Both the position numbers and the translations under genes were made by a program. The notes beneath the pieces are model-generated. The model saw only the letters and a list, made by a program, of their open reading frames with translations, was not told where the DNA came from and ran no database searches. From Mustelus asterias (Eukaryota), in assembly GCF_964213995.1 (NCBI RefSeq), contig NW_027590137.1:186001-250000 (forward strand): a stretch of 64,000 bases of DNA. Direction: 5' to 3'. Of the stretch, positions 22,802 to 35,509 are shown one piece after another. How positions within the stretch are numbered: the stretch's first letter is position 1; the number at the start of each line of letters is the position of its first letter.

Positions 22802-24907
22802 GACAGGAAGCAGTGAGCATGGATCTGTCAATCAGCCTCAATCAGCACCTTCAGGAGAATTGGGAGGGTGAATATTAGATACAGCAGAGTGAGAATGGAG
22901 GGAGAGTGTGTGGAATGGAGATTTATGATTTTTGGGGAATGAGAGAGGAAAGAATGTTCCATAGAAACTGGAATTGTCTGTTCTGAATTTCTATCCTGTA
23001 CTGACACTGATGACTTTTGTAAACTCCTTTTACAGGATATCAGAGGGTGAGGATTTACAGACAGTGTTCCAGTGCGCTGAGTGTGGAAAGAGCTTTAACC
23101 AGTTACACAGCCTGAAAAAAACATCTCAGCATTCACAGTGGGGAGAGACTGTACCCATGTTCTGTGTGTGGATGAGGCCTCAACTGATAGCCAAACCTGG
23201 AGAGTCACAAGGACACCCGCACCATGGAGACACCGTGGAAATGTGGGGACTGTGGGAAGGGATTCAGGTTCCCATCTCGGCTTGAAGTTCATCGACACAT
23301 TCATACTGGGGAGAGACCATTCACCTGTTGCGTGTGTGGGAAGGGATTCATTCAGTCATCTGACTTGCTGACACACCAGCAAGTTCATACCGGGGAGATG
23401 CCGTTCACCTGAAGCATGTGTGGGAAGGGATTCATTCGGTCATCCCACCTGCTGAGTCACAATCTCTCTCACACCAGTGAGAAACCCTTCAACTGCTCTG
23501 ACTGTGGGAGTGACTTCAAAAGTTCTTGGGAACTGGTGTCCCATCAACGTGTTCACACTGAGGAGAGGCCGTTCAGCTGTTCTCACTGCACAAAGAGATT
23601 TAAAAGGTCATCCAACCTGCGGGTACATCAGCGAGTTCACACTGGAGAGAAACCATTCACCTGCGCCATGTGTGGCAAGGGATTCACTGCTTCATCCAGC
23701 CTCATGAAACACAAAGGTACTCACAGCAATGAGAGACCTTTTAAATGTGCTGATTGTGGGAGCGGCTTCAAAAGTACTGCAGTTCTTCGAGACCATGAGC
23801 GCATTCACACTGAGGAGAGACCGTTCAGCTGCTCACAATGTTCAGTGAGGTTTAAAAGGTCATCCACGCTGCAGAGACACCAGCGAGTTCACACTGGGGA
23901 GAAACCGTTCACCTGCTCTCAGTGTGGGAAGGGATTCACTGATTTATCCACGCTGCAGCGACACCAGCGAGTTCACACTGGGGAGAAACCGTTCACCTGC
24001 TCTCAGTGTGGGAAGGGATTCACTCGGTCGTCCGCCCTGCGCACACACCAGCGAATTCACACTGGGGACAGACCGTTAAGCTGCTCTGTGTGGGAAGGTA
24101 TTAACTCGGTTATCCAGCTTGCTGAAACCCAAAGTCACTCACACCAAGTAGAGACCCTTTCAATGCTTTGAATGGGGGAGTGACTGTGCACAGTTCTGGT
24201 CACCCGATTATAGAAAATATATTATTAAACTAGAAAGAGTGCAGAAAAGATTTACTAGGATGCTACTGGGACTGGATGGATTGAGTTATAAGGAGAGGCT
24301 GGATAGACTGGGACTTTTTTCTCTGGAGCGTAGAAGGCTGAGGGATGAACTTATAGCGGTCTATAAAATAATAAGGGACATTGATAAGGTAGATCGTCAA
24401 TATCAAGGTAGGGGAGTCTAAAACTAGAGGGCATAGGTTTAAGGTGAGAGGGGAGAGATACAAAAGGGTCCAGTGGGGCAACGTTTTCACACAGAGGGTG
24501 GTGAGTGTCTGGAACAAGATGCCAGAGGTAGTAGTAGAGGCGGGTACAATTTTGTCTTTTAAAAAGCATTTAGACAGTTACATGGGTACGATGGGTATAA
24601 ATGCGGGCAATTGGGACTAGCTGAGGGCTTTTTAAAAAAAGGGGCTGCATGGACAAGTTGGGCCAAAGGACCTGTTTCCATGCTGGAAAGCTCTATGACT
24701 TCACAAGGTCTGCAGAACTGATGTCCCACCAGTGCAGTCTCACAGAGGAGAGACTGTTCAGCTGTTCTCACTGCACAGAGGTTTTAAAGCTCATCAAACC
24801 TGTGGATTCACCAGTGAGTCCACACTGGGGAGAGACCATTCACCTGCTTTGTGTGGGAAAGGATTCACTCAGTTATCCACTCTGCTGACACCCCAGCGAG
24901 TTCACAT
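22802..24907 (+). pseudogene. C2H2 zinc-finger pseudogene 3
   Basis: 66-nt exon 22802-22867, acceptor at 23034-23035 and ATG at 23224. TGA replaces a finger Cys at 23410-23412, there is a frameshift near 24090, a CR1 insert at about 24183-24700, and decayed fingers to about 24907. Confidence 0.8.
24183..24700 (+). mobile_element. CR1 3' fragment inserted in ZNF pseudogene 3
   Basis: QFWSP..VQKRFTRML..ERLDRLGLFSLE and a CTCTATGACT tail. The finger sequence resumes after it. Confidence 0.85.
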
Positions 24908-25186
24908 CTTTCCTAAAGTGTGGGGCCCATATATAGGGTTCCATTTCAGAGGCATAGAATTGAAAAGCAGGGAGGTTATGGCCAACTTGTTTAGAACCAG
25001 GGTTAGAGTAAACTGGGAGCCCTGTCAAAATTAGTGATCTGCATTTAGAAGAAGGAAAGAGAGGCACTGGAGATGGAGCAACGTAGATTGACAAGAATAA
25101 TCCCAGAGCTGAGAGCTTTTAACCCTCAGGAAAGTCTGAGGCTGCTTTTCCCTCGAAAAGAGAAGTCTGATGGGTGACTGAAATGT

Positions 25187-28027
25187 AATAGAACATAGAA
25201 CATAGAACATTACAGCGCAGAACAGGCCCTTCGGCCCACGATGTTGCACCGACCAGTTAAAAAAAAAAAAAACTGTGACCCTCCAACCTAAACCAATTTC
25301 TTTTCGTCCATGAACCTATCTACGGATCTCTTAAACGCCCCCAAACTAGGCGCATTTACTACTGATGCTGGCAGGGCATTCCAATCCCTCACCACCCTCT
25401 GGGTAAAGAACCTACCCCTGACATCGGTTCTATAACTACCCCCCCTCAATTTAAAGCCATGCCCCCTCGTGCTGGATTTCTCCATCAGAGGAAAAAGGCT
25501 ATCACTATCCACCCTATCTAAACCTCTAATCATCTTATATGTTTCAATAAGATCCCCTCTTAGCCGCCGCCTTTCCAGCGAAAACAATCCCAAATCCCTC
25601 AGCCTCTCCTCATAGGATCTCCCCTCCATACCAGGCAACATCCTGGTAAACCTCCTCTGCACCCTCTCCAAAGCCTCCACATCCTTCCTGTAATGTGGGG
25701 ACCAGAACTGCACACAGTACTCCAAGTGCGGCCGCACCAGAGTTGTGTACAGTTGCAACATAACGCTACGACTCCTAAATTCAATCCCCCTACCAATAAA
25801 CGCCAAGACACCATATGCCTTCTTAACAACCTTATCTACTTGATTCCCAACTTTCAGGGATCTATGCACACATACACCTAGATCCCTCTGCTCCTCCACA
25901 CTATTCAAAGTCCTCCCGTTAGCCCTATACTCAACACATCTGTTATTCCTACCAAAGTGAATTACCTCACACTTCTCCGCATTAAACTCCATCCGCCACC
26001 TCTCGGCCCAACTTTGCAACCTGTCTAAGTCTTCCTGCAAACTACGACACCCTTCCTCACTGTCTACCACACCACCGACTTTGGTGTCATCAGCAAATTT
26101 GCTAATCCACCCAACTATACCCTCATCCAGATCATTAATAAATATTACAAACAGCAGTGGCCCCAAAACAGATCCCTGAGGTACACCACTTGTAACCGCA
26201 CTCCATGATGAATATTTACTATCAACCACCACCCTCTGTTTCCTATCCGCTAGCCAATTCCTGATCCAATTTCCTAGATCACCCCCAATCCCATACATCT
26301 GCATTTTCTGCAGAAGCCTACCATGGTGAACCTTATCAAACGCCTTACTAAAATCCATATATACCACGTCCACTGCCTTGCCCCCATCCACCTCCTTGGT
26401 CACTTTCTCAAAAAACTCAATAAGGTTAGTAAGGCACGACCTACCTGCCACAAAACCATGCTGACTATCACCTATCAATTCATTACTCTCCAAATAACTA
26501 TAAATCCTATCCCTTATAATTTTTTCCAACATCTTGCCGACAACAGAAGTGAGACTCACCGGTCTATAATTCCCGGGGAAGTCTCTGTTCCCCTTCTTAA
26601 ACAATGGGACAACATTCGCTAACCTCCAATCTTCTGGTACTATACCAGAGGCCAACGACGACCTGAAGATCAGAGCCAGAGGCTCTGCAATCACTTCTCT
26701 TGCCTCCCAGAGAATCCTTGGATAAATCCCATCCGGACCAGGGGATTTATCTATTTTCAGACCCTCCAGAATATCCTGCACATCCTCCTTATCAACTGTA
26801 ATACTGTCTATTCTACTCCCTTGCAACCCAGTGTCCTCCTCAGCTATATTCATGTCCCCTTGCGTGAACACCGAAGAGAAATATTGGTTCAATGCTTCAC
26901 CAATCTCCTCCGGTTCCACACATAACTTCCCTCTGCCATCTATAACTGGCCCTAAACTTGCCCTAACCAACCTTCTGTTCTTGACATACCTATAGAACGC
27001 CTTAGGATTCTCTTTAACCCTATCCGCCAAAGTCTTCTCATGTCCCCTTTTAGCCCTTCTAAGCTCGCTCTTCAACTCCCTCTTAGCCAATCTAAAACTT
27101 TCTAGTGCACTACCCGAGTGCTCACGTCTCATCCGAACATAAGCCTCCTTTTTCTTTTTAACCAACAAAGAAACTTTTTTGGTGCACCACGGTTCCCTAG
27201 CCCTACCAATTCCTCCTTGCCTGACAGGGACATACCTATCACAGACTCGCAGTAGCTGCTCCTTGAAAAAACTCCACATGTCGGACGTTCCCAGTCCCTG
27301 TAATCTCCTAGTCCAACCTATGTTTCCTAATTCTCTCCTAATAGCCTCATAATTACCCTTCCCCCAGCTAAAACCACTGGCCCGAGGTTCATGCCTATCC
27401 CTTTCCATCACTAAGGTGAACGTAACCGAATTGTGGTCACTATCACCAAAATGCACACCAACTTCCAAGTCTAGCACCTGGTCTGGCTCATTTCCCAGCA
27501 CCAGATCCAATATAGCCTCCCCTCTAGTTGGCCTGTCTACATACTGAGTCAAAAAACCTTCCTGCACGCTTTGAACAAAAACTGACCCCTCTAACGAGCT
27601 AGAGCTATAACAATTCCAGTCAATATTAGTCAAGTTAAAATCCCCCATAACAATTGCCCTATTACTTTCACTCCTAAGCAGGATTGACTCCGCAATCCTT
27701 TCCTCAACCTCTCTAGAACTTTTAGGAGGTCTATAAAAGACTCCCAACAGGGTGACCTCTCCTCTCCTATTTCTAATCTCCGCCCATACTACCTCAACAG
27801 ATAAGTCCTCATCAAACCTCCTCTCTGACACTGTGATACAATCTCTGACCAATAATGCTACCCCTCCCCCTCTTCTACCTCCTTCCCTACTTCGACTAAA
27901 ACATTTGAACCCCGGGACCTGCAGCATCCATTCCTGCCCCTGCTCTATCCATGTCTCTGAAATAGCCACAACATCGAAGTCCCAGGTACTGATCCACGCT
28001 GCAAGTTCACCCACTTTATTGCGAATA
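25187..28027 (-). mobile_element. Young CR1 LINE with uninterrupted ORF2 (APE endonuclease plus RT), truncated at the ORF2 N-terminus
   Basis: ORF 25288-28089 has AISETW, GGGVAL, YRPP, MGDFN, LDLVL, DSDHN (EN) and [18 protein letters not shown] (RT). (GTTCTAT)n tail at about 25187-25210. Confidence 0.96.
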
Positions 28028-28669
28028 ATGGAGGACATGCCCTTGTCGACATCAAAGGTGATGAAGTGGAGATGGTTCGAGAGCTTCAAGTTTCGAGGTG
28101 TTCAGATCATCAACAACCTGTCCTGGTCCCCCCATGCCCGGGTGGGGGAGATGGCCTGGGTAAGGTGCTCTGTCAGAGAGTCAGTGCAGGCTCAGTGGCC
28201 TCTTCTGCACTGTATGAGTGTGGAAGAGAGGAGACAGACATTTGGGGATTGCAAGCTGATCTGTGGGTCAAATGGGAAAAAAGGTTGTGAGTTCTCTGGT
28301 TCAGCCCCAGGCACTGACGAGGAGAAGGATGGAGTCATTGGCTAGGGGACAGCGTCTGTGTCTGACACAGAATATAAACGCTTCACTCTTCCCAGTGTTT
28401 GATCTGAGATTTCTGTTACTCAGGAAATATGTCAGACGCTCAATGTGAGAATTCAGAGTCAGTGGAGAGGGTCATGAGAAGTGATGTTGAGGGAGAGCTG
28501 CCTGCCAAACCCACTTCACCGATGGAGATTCTGATCACTGCTCTGAACACCTCCTTCTTTGGCTCGGTAAACTCAGTTCTATCTGATTTTAAAAAAATAC
28601 TTTTCCAATTCAATCAAATCAAATCCAATTCAGAGTCTCAACAAGTTGAGACATTTCAGATCCAGGCTG

Positions 28670-29534
28670 ACATAAGAACATAAGAACATAAGAAATAGGA
28701 GCAGGAGTAGGCCATCTAGCCCCTCGAGCCTGCCCCGCCATTCAATAAGATCATGGCTGATCTGACGTGGATCAGTACCACTTACCCGCCTGATCCCCAT
28801 AACCCTTAATTCCCTTACCGATCAGGAATCCATCCATCCGCGCTTTAAACATATTCAGCGAGGTAGCCTCCACCACCTCAGTGGGCAGAGAATTCCAGAG
28901 ATTCACCACCCTCTGGGAGAAGAAGTTCCTCCTCAACTCTGTCTTAAACCGACCCCCCTTTATTTTGAGGCTGTGTCCTCTCGTTTTAACTTCCTTACTA
29001 AGTGGAAAGAATCTCTCCGCCTCCACCCTATCCAGCCCCCGCATTATCTTATAAGTCTCCATAAGATACCCCCTCATCCTTCTAAACTCCAACGAGTACA
29101 AACCCAATCTCCTCAGCCTCTCCTCATAATCCAAACCCCTCATCTCCGGTATCAACCTGGTGAACCTTCTCTGCACTCCCTCCAATGCCAATATATCCTT
29201 CCTCATATAAGGGGACCAATACAGCTGCGGCCTCACCAATGCCCTGTACAGGTGCATCAAGACATCCCTGCTTTTATATTCTATCCCCCTCGCGATATAG
29301 GCCAACATCCCATTTACCTTCTTGATCACCTGTTGTACATGCAGACTGGGCTTTTGCGTCTCATGCACAAGGACCCCCAGGTCCCTTTGCACGGTAGCAT
29401 GTTTTGATTTGTTTCCATTGAGATAGTAATCCCATTTGTTATTATTTCCTCCAAAGTGTATAACCTCGCATTTATCAACGTTATACTCCATTTGCCATAT
29501 CCTCGCCCACTCACTCAGCCTGTTCAAATCTCTG
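28670..29534 (-). mobile_element. CR1 LINE 3' fragment
   Basis: ORF 28772-29527 (RLSEWARIWQMEYNVDKC..QRDLGVLV) and a (TCTTATGT)n tail at about 28670-28695. Confidence 0.92.
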
Positions 29535-29795
29535 ACAAGACAGGGCAGGCGACCAAACCACCCTGTCCTGGGCCTGATCTACATGAGCCAAGCTGATTGG
29601 AGAAGGGGGAGGTTCCTCCTCCAAGACTTGAGCTCATTTGCATCCCAGCCAAAAGGCCGAGATGCCGCTTTAAAAAATTGCTTCATATGAAACATATGAA
29701 GCTTCAGTGTAACCTAATGACCTCAACCAAGCGCGGCCGACCATGGGCTGCCGACCATACTACACTTGATCTTAGCCAAAAGGCCGAGAAGCGAT
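29535..29795 (-). ncRNA. U2 snRNA-headed structured RNA-like sequence, copy B (~260 nt), fused to CR1
   Basis: 29795-29757 is a perfect U2 nt 1-39 (ATCGCTTCTCGGCCTTTTGGCTAAGATCAAGTGTAGTAT). A non-U2 body follows with four hairpins and an AATTTTTTA tract. Confidence 0.8.
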
Positions 29796-29989
29796 CATCT
29801 ATCTGACGTTGCACACACACGTGATATCCCTCGGGAGATTTTGTTTCTTTAACTCTATTGTTGAGGGTTTTATGTGGATGGTTCCGGTGTGGGAGGGTGG
29901 ATTTTATTGTTCCCGCCCACTGAATACCTCATCAGAACCGGGAACTGAAAGTGAAAGTGAGGAGCCAGGATTCCCGCCGGCTCTAATAT

Positions 29990-30481
29990 AGAGTGTTGCC
30001 GATTCAAACATTCAGCCACCTCTGGGACATCACAGGATATCAGATGATGAATCAAACATCTATTCAGACATCATTCTTGACCAGCCATTTCAAACTGAAG
30101 ATTCAGTGGTATGTTACCTTTTTCCCAAAAGGTCAAAGGATCCAGCGGCTGAAAAACAATCATCGCAATCGCATGCGATATGATGAGATTCAGCAAGAGG
30201 ATGAGTTGTCAACTCTCTCTGTCTCAGTAAATGATTATGATCCAGCTGGCAAGACATATTCTCACAAGCTGAGCATTCTGCTTTACCAATGTGTCAATGG
30301 GGTGTGGTTTGTGAATGATGTGAAGACCCTCTAGGTCCCACACTCGGGGGAAGCTGAGATTAAAGATCTGATCCCCTTGTCAGAGCGAGATAAATACATC
30401 AGTGACGACACAATGAAGCTGCACCTCATTGGACAGACCATCGAGGAGAAATGTCAGGGGATTAGGGCGACATTGAATTGA
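29990..30481 (+). pseudogene. Orphan coding fragment resembling the C-terminal region of BTBD17/LGALS3BP-like proteins
   Basis: The frame of ORF 29993 reads through one TAG (30332) into VPHSGEAEIKDLIPLSERDKYISDDTMKLHLIG. Motifs TSFLT, WYVTFFPKG and YISDDTMKLHLI recall that family (from memory, not searched). Confidence 0.4.
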
Positions 30482-31028
30482 GGTGTTCAAGCCATGAGGG
30501 GTTTGATAGGAGTAAATGGGGAGGAACTGTTCCAACCAGCAAGAGGGTTGGTAACCAGAGGATGAATGGATTTAAAATGTGCAAAGAAACAAGAGTCCAG
30601 ATTGAGGAGATGTCTATTTGACACGGTAAGATGTGATCTGGTTGGTGCGCACTGCCTGAATGGGTTGTGGAATCAGATTCATTAATTAATTTTGAAAAAA
30701 ACAATTTGATACATTCTTAAAGTGGCAAAATTGCAGGGCTATTGGGAAAGATTTGGGCTTAATTGGATAGCTATTTAAATCTCCATTTAGTTCAACAGGA
30801 CAATAATGTACCGCTGGGGAGAAGGGCCGTAAAATCCTGGTTCCCATCTCTGGTTATTTTAATCTGGGCCCTGTCTCAGTTATTATTATCTGTTATTGTT
30901 ACACCTGAGCCTTTTTGTACAACTCCAGACCCTGTCTGAGTTCACATTGTTCACAGCTCTGTCTCAGTTACTGTAAGAAGTTTAACAACACCAGGTTAAA
31001 GTCCAACAGGTTTATTTGGTAGCAAAAG

Positions 31029-31073
31029 CCACACAAGCTTTCGAGGCTCTGAGCCCCTTCTTCAGGTGAGTGG
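31029..31073 (-). ncRNA. Minimal type I hammerhead ribozyme motif in the Penelope pLTR
   Basis: CTGAAGA-A-GGGGCT-CAG-AGCCTC-GAA-AGCT-T: catalytic boxes, 6-bp stem II, palindromic AGCT stem III and CAC/GTG stem I. Confidence 0.6.
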
Positions 31074-32965
31074 GAATTCTGTTCACAAACAGAACTTATA
31101 AGACACAGACTCAATTTACATGAATAATGGTTGGAATGCGAATACTTACAACTAATCAAGTCTTTAAGAAACAAAACAATGGGAGTGGAGAGAGCATCAA
31201 GACAGGCTAAAAAGATGTGTATTGTCTCCAGACAAGACAGCCAGTGAAACTCTGCAGGTCCACGCAACTGTGGGAGTTACAAATAGTGTGACATAAATTC
31301 TGATTCTAGGATCGCATGATAAAGACTCAGGAGGAAAAAAGCAGAAATATTTATGTGAAATAGTGTGACATAAACCCAATATCCCGGTTGAGGCCGTCCT
31401 TGTGTGTGCGGAACCTGGCTATCAGTTTCTGCTCCGCGACTCTGCGCTGTCGTGTGTCGCGAAGGCCGCCTTGGAGAACGCTTACCCGAATATCAGAGGC
31501 CGAATGCCCGTGACCGCTGAAGTGCTCCCCAACAGGAAGAGAACAGTCTTGCCTGGTGATTGTCGAGCGGTGTTCATTCATCCGTTGTCGCAGCGTCTGC
31601 ATAGTTTCCCCAATGTACCATGCCTCGGGACATCCTTTCTTGCAGCGTATCAGGTAGACAACGTTGGCCGAGTTGCAAGAGTATGTACCGTGTACCTGGT
31701 GGATGGTGTTCTCACGTGAGATGATGGCATCTGTGTCGATGATCCGGCACGTCTTGCAGAGGTTGCTGTGGCAGGGTTGTGTGGTGTCTTGGTCACTGTT
31801 CTCCTGAAGGCTGGGTAGTTTGCTGCGGACAATGGTCTGTTTGAGGTTGTGCGGTTGTTTGAAGGCAAGAAGTGGGGGTGTGGGGATGGCCTTGGCGAGA
31901 TGTTCGTCTTCATCAATGACATGTTGAAGGCTCCGGAGGAGATGCCGTAGCTTCTCCGCTCCGGGGAAGTACTGGACAACGAAGGGTACTCTGTCCACTG
32001 TGTCCCGTGTTTGTCTTCTGAGGAGGTCGGTGCGGTTTTTCGCTGTGGCGCGTTGGAACTGTTGATCAATGAGTCTAGCGCCATATCCTGTTCTTATGAG
32101 GGCATCTTTCAGCGTCTGGAGGTGTCTGTTGCGATCCTCCTCATCCGAGCAGATCCTGTGTATACGGAGGGCTTGTCCGTAGGGGATGGCTTCTTTAACG
32201 TGTTTAGGGTGGAAGCTGGAGAAGTGGAGCATCGTGAGGTTATCCGTGGGCTTGCGGTACAGTGAGGTGCTGAGGTGACCGTCCTTAATGGAGATGCGCG
32301 TGTCCAAGAATGCAACCGATTCCGGAGAGTAGTCTATGGTGAGCCTGATGGTGGGATGGAACTTGTTGATGTCATCATAGAGTTGTTTCAGTGATTGTTC
32401 ACCATGAGTCCAAAGGAAGAAAATGTCATCGATGTATCTAGTGTATAGCACCGGTTGAAGGTCCCGTGCGGTGAAGAAGTCTTGTTCGAACCTGTGCATG
32501 AAGATGTTGGCATATTGAGGTGCAAATTTGGTCCCCATGGCTGTTCCGTGTGTCTGGATGAAGAACTGGTTGTTGAAGGTGAAGATATTGTGGTCCAGGA
32601 TGAAGCGGATGAGATGTAAAATTGCATCTGGAAACTGGCAGTTGTTGGCGCTGAGCACTGTCACACTATTTCACACTATTTCACATAAATATTTCTGCTT
32701 TTTTCCTCCTGAGTCTTTATCATGCGATCCTAGAATCAGAATTTATGTCACACTATTTGTAACTCCCACAGTTGCGTGGACCTGCAGAGTTTCACTGGCT
32801 GTCTTGTCTGGAGACAATACACATCTTTTTAGCCTGTCTTGATGCTCTCTCCACTCCCATTGTTTTGTTTCTTAAAGACTGGATTAGTTGTAAGTATTCG
32901 CATTCCAACCATTATTCATGTAAATTGAGTCTGTGTCTTATAAGTTCTGTTTGTGAACAGAATTC

Positions 32966-33010
32966 CCACTCACCTGAAGAAGGGGCTCAGAGCCTCGAAA
33001 GCTTGTGTGG
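32966..33010 (+). ncRNA. Minimal type I hammerhead ribozyme motif in the inverted pLTR
   Basis: Identical inverted copy of 31029-31073. Confidence 0.6.
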
Positions 33011-33214
33011 CTTTTGCTACCAAATAAACCTGTTGGACTTTAACCTGGTGTTGTTAAACTTCTTACTGTGTTTACCCCAGTCCAACGCCGGCATCTCCAC
33101 ATCAGTTACTGTGCCAGCCGTGCTCCTATTTAAATTATTTCAGGCCCTGCCTTTGTTAAGACTGCTTCTAGACCATGTTCATATTTCAAAGCATAGAATC
33201 CCTCTCATGCAGAA

Positions 33215-33487
33215 AGAAGCCATTCAGCTCATCGAGCCTGCACCGACAATCCCACCTAGGTCCTAGCCCCATAACTACACATATTTACCCTGCTTATCCC
33301 CCTGACACTAAGGGGCATGGCCAATCAACCGAACCCACACATGTTTGGAGTGAGCGAGGAAACAGAAGCACCCAGAGGAAACCCAAGCAGACACGGGGAG
33401 AATGTGTAGACTCCGCACAGACAGTGACCCAAGCCGGGAATCAAACCTGGGTCCCTGACATTGTGAGGCAGCAGTGCTAACCACTAT
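33215..33487 (-). mobile_element. HE1-type SINE
   Basis: The reverse complement gives AGTGGTTAGCACTGCTGCCTCAC..GGTTTGATTCCCGG..TTCTCCCCGTGTCTG. Confidence 0.75.
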
Positions 33488-34169
33488 ATTTATGTTAAAC
33501 CAGGTTGTGTCTCAGTTTATGTTACACTAGACAATTGCTCTATTCTACATTTAACTCTCCTTATTAATAATTGGGCAAAACATCTCTCTGTTTAGACCAT
33601 AGGAGGCCCTGGTTTTAATCCCACTAAAGACTAAGTCTCTGTTTATACTTCACATCTTTCTTAGTTACCGTTACATTAGATTCTGATTCAGCTTATATTA
33701 GACTAGATATTCTCTGTTAAAACTGCACCAGACACATCTCAGTTTTAACTTTACAATTGACCCTTTCTCACTACTGCTGCTTTCAATCATGTTTCTCACT
33801 GTAAGTAGGTCCGATTGGTCAGACCTGAATTTAACTTGACCATTTTTATATTGTATCTGCTGTAATAACTGACAAGGTCAAGGAAGTCAGACTAACATGT
33901 GATGAAAGAGGCCATTTTGTTTACTGTATTAACCACATATATTAATCAAATTACTGTATGATGGGAGGAACCAGTCATGAAACAGATGATTGTACAATTG
34001 ATGAACCTTGATTAAGTTATAAATAATGAATCAATAATCATATTGGAAAGACTGGATTTTCATCCAAAAATTGTTAAGTTGAATTATTGCATGTCTCTCT
34101 GTGTGAGAAACGGCAATTTCAGACAAACTATTCTAATAATGAAGGATCCCTGATAAAGGTCCCAAGGAA

Positions 34170-34602
34170 TACAAAGAACAAAGAACAATACAGCACAGGA
34201 ACAGGCCCTTTGGCCCTCCAAGCCCGCGCCGCTCCCGGGTCCAAACTCGACCATTCTTTTGTATCCCTCCATTCCCACTCTGTTCATGTGGCTATCTAGA
34301 TAAGTCTTAAACGTTCCCAGTGTGTCCGCCGCCACCACCTTGCCCGGCAGCACATTCCAGGCCCCCACCACCCTCTGTGTAAAATACGTCCTTCTGATAT
34401 CCGTGTTAAACCTCCCCCCACCTTCACCTAGAACCTATGAACCCTCGTGAACGTCACCACCGACCTGGGAAAAAGCTTCCCACCGTTCACCCTATCTATG
34501 CCTTTCATAATTTTATACACCTCTATTAGGTCAACACTCATCCTCCATCTTTCCAGTGAGAACAACCCCAGTTTACCCAGTCTCTCCTCATAACTAAGCC
34601 CT
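34170..34602 (-). mobile_element. CR1 3' fragment, same subfamily as 8797-9957 and 47438-48440
   Basis: Near-identical 3' UTR and ORF end. Confidence 0.85.
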
Positions 34603-35509
34603 TATTATAATGGTACATTATAATCTTTAGTTTGATCCAGTGGATAGCGAGATAGTTCAAAATCAAGAGATTTTACTCTTTTGTATTCTTGTCTGATGTA
34701 CTGAGGCTGGGTGGCCACTGTGCCTAAGAACTAATTGGATTTACCCGAGCAGCAGCTTGAGGTAATTATTAACTGAGGAAAAGGTTGACTCTGACACAGG
34801 GAGCTGGCCACTCAGGGGTGAAAAGTCAGGGCTCCGTAATGATTTGTTGCTGGCTGATTACTGAAGACACTTACCCGAGGCAAGAATCACATGTACATCT
34901 CAGCAAGTGGGATTGTGTCTGAGACAGAGTCTTGAGAGGGGAGCGCTGTGATGGATCAACACCTCGATAAAGTTGCAAAAATCATTGTCTGATTTGATTT
35001 GATTTATTATTGTCACATGTATTAGCATACAGTGAAAAGTATTGTTTCTTGTACGCTATACAGACAAAGAGTACCGTACGTAGAGAAGGAGAGGATGCTG
35101 AATGTAGTGTTACAGTCATAAGAGTTAGAATAAAGTTTTAGAAGCATAGAACAAGTAGAAGATAGAATTAGAGGGTATGCTGGGCACAGCTTGCAAGAAG
35201 TCGCCTCACTCCAGCACCATCTTGGAAATTTTCCTGAATTGATATGCAAATCTCTTTCCTTTAATAATAATTTTAATGTTAATTTAATGTTGTAAAATGT
35301 ATTATTCAAAGAATCCTGTCCTGCCTTAATTAAGTCTTGTTTGAACAGACATTTTCTTTTCATGGGGTGTGGGTGTCACTGGCCAGACCAGTATTTTTAT
35401 TACCTGTTCCTAATTGCCCTTGAGGTGGTGGTGAGCTGCCTTCCTGAACCGCTGCAGTCCCTGTGGTTTGAGGGACACTCGCAGTGCTGTTAGGGAAGGG
35501 ATTTACTAA

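Larger units (their letters stand above)
30973..33101 (-). mobile_element. Penelope-like retroelement, 5'-truncated, with inverted pLTR and TSD
   Basis: ORF 31351-32664 has RT motifs (GTAMG, RYIDD) and a GIY-YIG endonuclease (VVYLIRC..WYIGET..LRQRMNEH). About 400 bp of near-identical inverted repeat (30973-31368 vs 32672-33066). TCAGTTACT is duplicated at 30964-30972 and 33102-33110. Confidence 0.93.

Noticed and set aside
28028-28089. N-terminal extension of the 933-aa CR1 ORF
   Set aside because: These codons come from the antisense strand of an adjacent Rex1-type fragment, not from CR1.
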